Positions 59,375 through 64,000 of a DNA stretch of 64,000 bases are shown here, piece by piece. Positions within the stretch are counted from its first letter, which is position 1. Each line of letters opens with the position of its first letter. Origin of the DNA: Laetmonice hystrix (Eukaryota). The stretch is taken from positions 35,652,001 to 35,716,000 of the forward strand of contig OZ249436.1 in NCBI GenBank assembly GCA_965235115.1, written 5' to 3'. The notes beneath the pieces are model-generated. The model did no database searches. It had not been told where the DNA came from and saw nothing but the letters and a program-made list of their open reading frames with translations. The translations under genes and the position numbers were made by a program.

Positions 59375-62276
59375 CTGACCAGTGTATTACAACGTCAAAT
59401 AGGTTATCATGCCCTTGGTGCCCCCCCCCCCCGATTCCTTACCACCCGGTAAGGTTGACCTTAGCTGACCCTGCTCCACTGGTCCAGGGCAGCAGTGGGC
59501 GGGGCTGCACTGAGCTAATCTTCACACTGGCACAGGGATAACTATGGTCGGGGCTTGTCGGTGCCGGTCTTTAAAAGTGATGTTACTTTTCTCGGACTGT
59601 CATTAAAGAATCCCATAGTTCAGAACGTATAACGTTCTTCTATGGGTAATATTATACCCCGGTATACTACAGCACCGAATGACTGACCGAGAGCCTGGAC
59701 AGATTTATCTTAAGATCATGATCATTACCTGATTTTACAATTAATATTAAGTACTCGGGGATCATTACTTTCTAGAATTCATTTTCTTAAATTAAAAACT
59801 TGGCGAAAATGGAGAAAATCTGAAAATTTAGACTGAATGCTTATCCTGACAATTGTACCCCGTGTGGATTCCGACACGGTCCCTAGTTCATATCAGTTAA
59901 GGATATACAGAAATAACCGGAAAGAGTTACAACTAATATTAGAAGGGGCAGAAATTGGAAGTTTCAGGCAGTGCTGTTTAATCACTGAAAGATCCACTTG
60001 CGAGAGACATCTCTCTAACGATAGGAAAAGATAATGAACAAGGGCAATTTTTATTTCCATGCACTTTCCTAGGAAGAACGAGCATAATATCAGATGGCAC
60101 GCCTACCAATGAAGGCAATTAGTCACTTTTAATTTCCCCCCTCTGGCATTCAATCCAAGAACAACTCGGGGTCAGGTTAGGTAATGCGGTTATCAGCACT
60201 ATTAGAGAAAATTGGTTCAAATGACTAATCAAGAGACGTTTCTGTTCACCTTCACACTTGTTAACTGGTTAAGACGGTTATATTTGTGACACGCATTCCA
60301 TGATACGTAACTTAGTTCTTGTAACCTAAACATAGAATTCAATATTTCCTTCTTTTTCTTCGGATGTAGGGGCAATAAAATGCAATGAGAATGAGAGCGC
60401 GATCATCAATGGCTCGCCTGACAATGAAATACCCCATAAGATTTCATACCGATTTAGATGTTATGACGAGTTCAAGGACACATTTCCAGCCATCTTTGGA
60501 CACCACGTGTCTCTCTTTAAATTTAAAAAAAAATGGATTAAACATGGGAAAATACAAAATTGTTACGATTAAATTAATATGTTGAATAAATAAGGCTACT
60601 CTTTTATTAGATGATTGTTGAACAATCTATTTTGAGGAGAAGGAAAGGTGGGTGGGACTTTGGTAGCAGGAAGAAAGGTTCACTTCGTCATAGAACAATC
60701 ATTGAATGACAACTGAGAACGCGTAGTGAGCAATTCTACCCTTACAATACTTGAGATGCTGTGAAGTCACACATAACCTGACATTGATTCTGGTTCTTAA
60801 AGGAAGAAGCTTCAAAATAAACACTGTCTTGCAAATCTAGATTTCCTGCACAATCAATACCAGGTTAGACCTTATGACCACTGCCACTGCACCGTTCAGT
60901 TTTACGGCCCAATACAACAATCAAGTATGACTACAGTACCTGAACTGGTGGCGATCATTCTGCAATGTTGTGCATTCAGAGCGAATCTTAAACTTCTCTT
61001 ACTGAAGATCGGATATCATCATTAAACATAACATTGAACATCAATTAGTCAAAAAGATGAATTAATCGCTTTCCCCAAAAAAAGATCAAGTAAGAACAAC
61101 GCAAAGATACACTATGAATTATCATCTGTTTTAAATGAAAACACGGTAAAGCTGATTCTAAAACTGTCTTTGACAAACGTCATCCCACAAGTAATGATTG
61201 TGATAGAAACTGAAAGAAGGAGGACAGCTGTTTGACCTTACAGTCTAATTACACACTTGAACACAACCAGGAACAAGAACGTCAGATTTTGGTCTTTGTC
61301 AGGGCGTTTGTTACTTTCTTATTAAATATCATTAGTATTATTCTGAAACAAAAGTTGATGACACTGCAAGTTGCAACTGTGGTTTGAATAAATACTGCAT
61401 TTAGACAGGTTCCTCAAACTCTTAACGAATCCAAATTTGCAAGGCAACGAATACCTGCCTGTTTAACCTTTGGGTAAGGTGGGAGGATGAGAAAACCACA
61501 ATTCACCTAAAAAAAATACAACATCTGAACTTAGATATATTGCGGCTTGATTAATTTATGAAATAAGATTACGAGTCCCACAGAGGTAATCGGGTATTAT
61601 GAAGGCAATGCAAACTTCAAGTTAGATGCATAGTGACATCACCAAAACTGTCATTGGGACGTCAGTTCAAAGTCTTACAAGGTTGCTTACGTTGGTAATG
61701 TAATGTGATCTAACATCTAAGGTAATGGTTTTGTTAAATCCACAAAGTCCAAACATCTCTGTGCAACATCCGATATTTTTCTGGTCTTTGATGTCAACAA
61801 AACGGACAGTGCTGACGGTTGTATCAATTTCCTGGAGTTGGAATCATTAATTAGTAATATTCCATGGTACTGCTAATTAGCTTCTGAGCACGTCTTGCCA
61901 AGGCTTCTCATCATTATTTAACATTCTGCCAGTAGATAGGACAGACTGGTTAGTAATGACACAAACACACACATTAAATTGGTGTTCCTGACTGCTGTCC
62001 AGACCCCTCATCTGATTAACAAATTATCATGCTGCCCGTTTTAAAAGTAGAAATTTCTCCCAAATCTTTCAACGAAATTAGGCATAGACATAGAAAATAG
62101 GCAAGAGTTTGGAAAATGGGGGTGGGGGAGCTCCCCCGAATCCGCCACTTGGTACTTTGCACTGTGGTTCACTTCCGACAAACATCAGTATAACTAACCA
62201 ACTATTGCAAGAGTTAACCGTTTCTGCCAACAGGTAAGTTCACTATCAGAATGCCGCTGTGTTTATTCGTCCTTAA

Positions 62277-62864
62277 AGCCTCAGTCACACCGGATCGTAC
62301 GATTTCTGGATCGTCTGATTGGTGGTGAATTGGCCTAGGTACGACCAATCAGCAATGTTTGCTACGATCTCCATTTGCAGTCGCATACTCAATCGTGGCG
62401 ACATGCAACCAGTCGGGACAGACCACCACCAGTTGCACAACCAATCGTGCGACTGCTTGACCTGCGATCATGCAAGACAGGTGGTACGACTATTATAAGA
62501 CCTGTCTGCCACCTCTTACAACTTGGAATCGCAGGTCTGCAGAAGTTTTGAACATGACTCTCGACCTTGCTGCGACTAATTTTGCTCTGGCGACCAGTCA
62601 CGTTCTCTGTGACCAGTCACACGCTCTTTCTACGAGTTGCCTGTGATTTCAACATTTTTCGGTCGCAGCTAGGTCTTAACCCGGTCGCAGGCCCAGTGTG
62701 ACTGGGGCTGGACATGACCATTGACCTTGCTGCGACTGATTTTGCTCTGGCAATCACCCACGACCTCTGCGACCAGTCGCACACTCTTTCTATGATTTGT
62801 CTGCGATTCCAACATTTTACGGTCACAGCTAGGTGTTGGTCGCAGGCCCGGTGTGACTGGGGCT
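62277..62864. mobile_element. Harbinger-like MITE with internal GTCGCA/TGCGAC repeats
   Basis: AGCCTCAGTCACACCGG / CCGGTGTGACTGGGGCT, flanked by TAA/TTA. Confidence 0.65.
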
Positions 62865-63279
62865 TTAGGCATCAGCTGAACTGGAGGGTAAACCAGAATA
62901 CATGGAGACAATAATCAACATGCAGCAAGTAAGTGACTAACTTCTTCATGCAAGGTACCAATGTGTGTCAATCTCAGAGGAGAGCTCAGGCTAAAGGCTG
63001 AAACCACCGAGACCACCACGGACATCACCCGCACACCAACAGAATCGGCCCTCTGATGGTGTGACCGTGTCCAGGGTATCGATCCCAGGTCATAATCAAT
63101 AATCAATGTCAAACTGAATGCATGCAACGGTTCACTGAGACCAACGTCTGCGGCACCAAGGGGTTCACATGGTGTCGCCTTGATAAAATCCATTTCGGGT
63201 ATTTTTCCTTGCGAAATTTGCAGACAAAATAGGATCTATATCTTCAATTGAACTGAAAAAGACAACTGCCTTTTTTCTG

Positions 63280-63990
63280 GTCATATCACAGTACTCCCCT
63301 ATATCAATCTGCACCCGACACATCACAGTACTCCCCTCTATCGATTTGCACCCCTGACACATATCACAGTACTTCCCTCTACCATTCGCCCCAAAAAATC
63401 GAAAATCTCTAGGAAACCCTGCCTCTATAAATCTACCCTGCCACCAGCACATATCATACTACTCCCCTCTATAAATCTACACGACCACCAGCACATATAT
63501 ACTACTCCCCTCTATAAATCTACACGACCACCAGCACATATACTACTCCCCTCTATAAATCTACACGACCACCAGCACATCATACTACTCCCCTCTATAA
63601 ATCTACCCTGCCACCTGCACACGTCATACTACTCCCTTCTATAAATCTACACGACCACCAGCACATCATACTACTCCCCTCTATAAATCTACACGACCAC
63701 CAGCACATATCATACTACTCCCCTCTATAAATCTACACGACCACCAGCACATATCATACTACTCCCCTCTATAAATCTACACTGCCACCTGCACACGTCA
63801 TACTACTCCCCTCTATAAATCTACCCTGCCACCTGCACACGTCATACTACTCCCCTCTATAAATCTACCCTGCCACCTGCACACGTCATACTACTCCCCT
63901 CTATAAATCTACCCTGCCACCTGCACATATCACACTAATCATCTACAATTTACACCACTGGAACATATCACACTCCTCTCTGTCAATCTA
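63280..63990. repeat. ~44-bp minisatellite
   Basis: unit ATCATACTACTCCCCTCTATAAATCTACACGACCACCAGCACAT, homogeneous over 63420-63930, degenerate flanks. Confidence 0.9.
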
Positions 63991-64000
63991 CATCACTGGC

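Overview
Eukaryotic (invertebrate-animal-like) genomic DNA with spliceosomal introns and dense small transposons; it is not prokaryotic. Two intron-containing genes lie on the minus strand. (1) A Na-K-2Cl cotransporter (SLC12A2/NKCC1-like): 23 phase-consistent GT-AG exons traced from 52433 to the stop at 35019. Its canonical N-terminal exon was not found. (2) A 5-exon, ~552-aa coiled-coil protein gene (27603-22323) with an MGxxxS N-terminus that resembles vertebrate CCDC192. The rest is mobile DNA and repeats: an RPS26 processed pseudogene, a tRNA-headed V-type SINE, a LINE 3' fragment, two large foldback DNA elements sharing GGGTCATTCCAT termini, many TTAA-flanked (Kolobok-like), hAT-like, Harbinger-like, MULE-like and Tc1/mariner MITEs, and several minisatellites. 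Most intriguing observations: paired repeat copies show TA sites converted to TAGGCCTA or TACATGTA (probable excision footprints), and the two motifs partition between intergenic DNA and gene bodies. There is also a quadruplicated splice acceptor, candidate microexons in the NKCC C-terminal variable region, and possible ancient CCDC192-SLC12A2 linkage. Coordinates were read by eye; family assignments rest on recalled motifs and were not database-checked.
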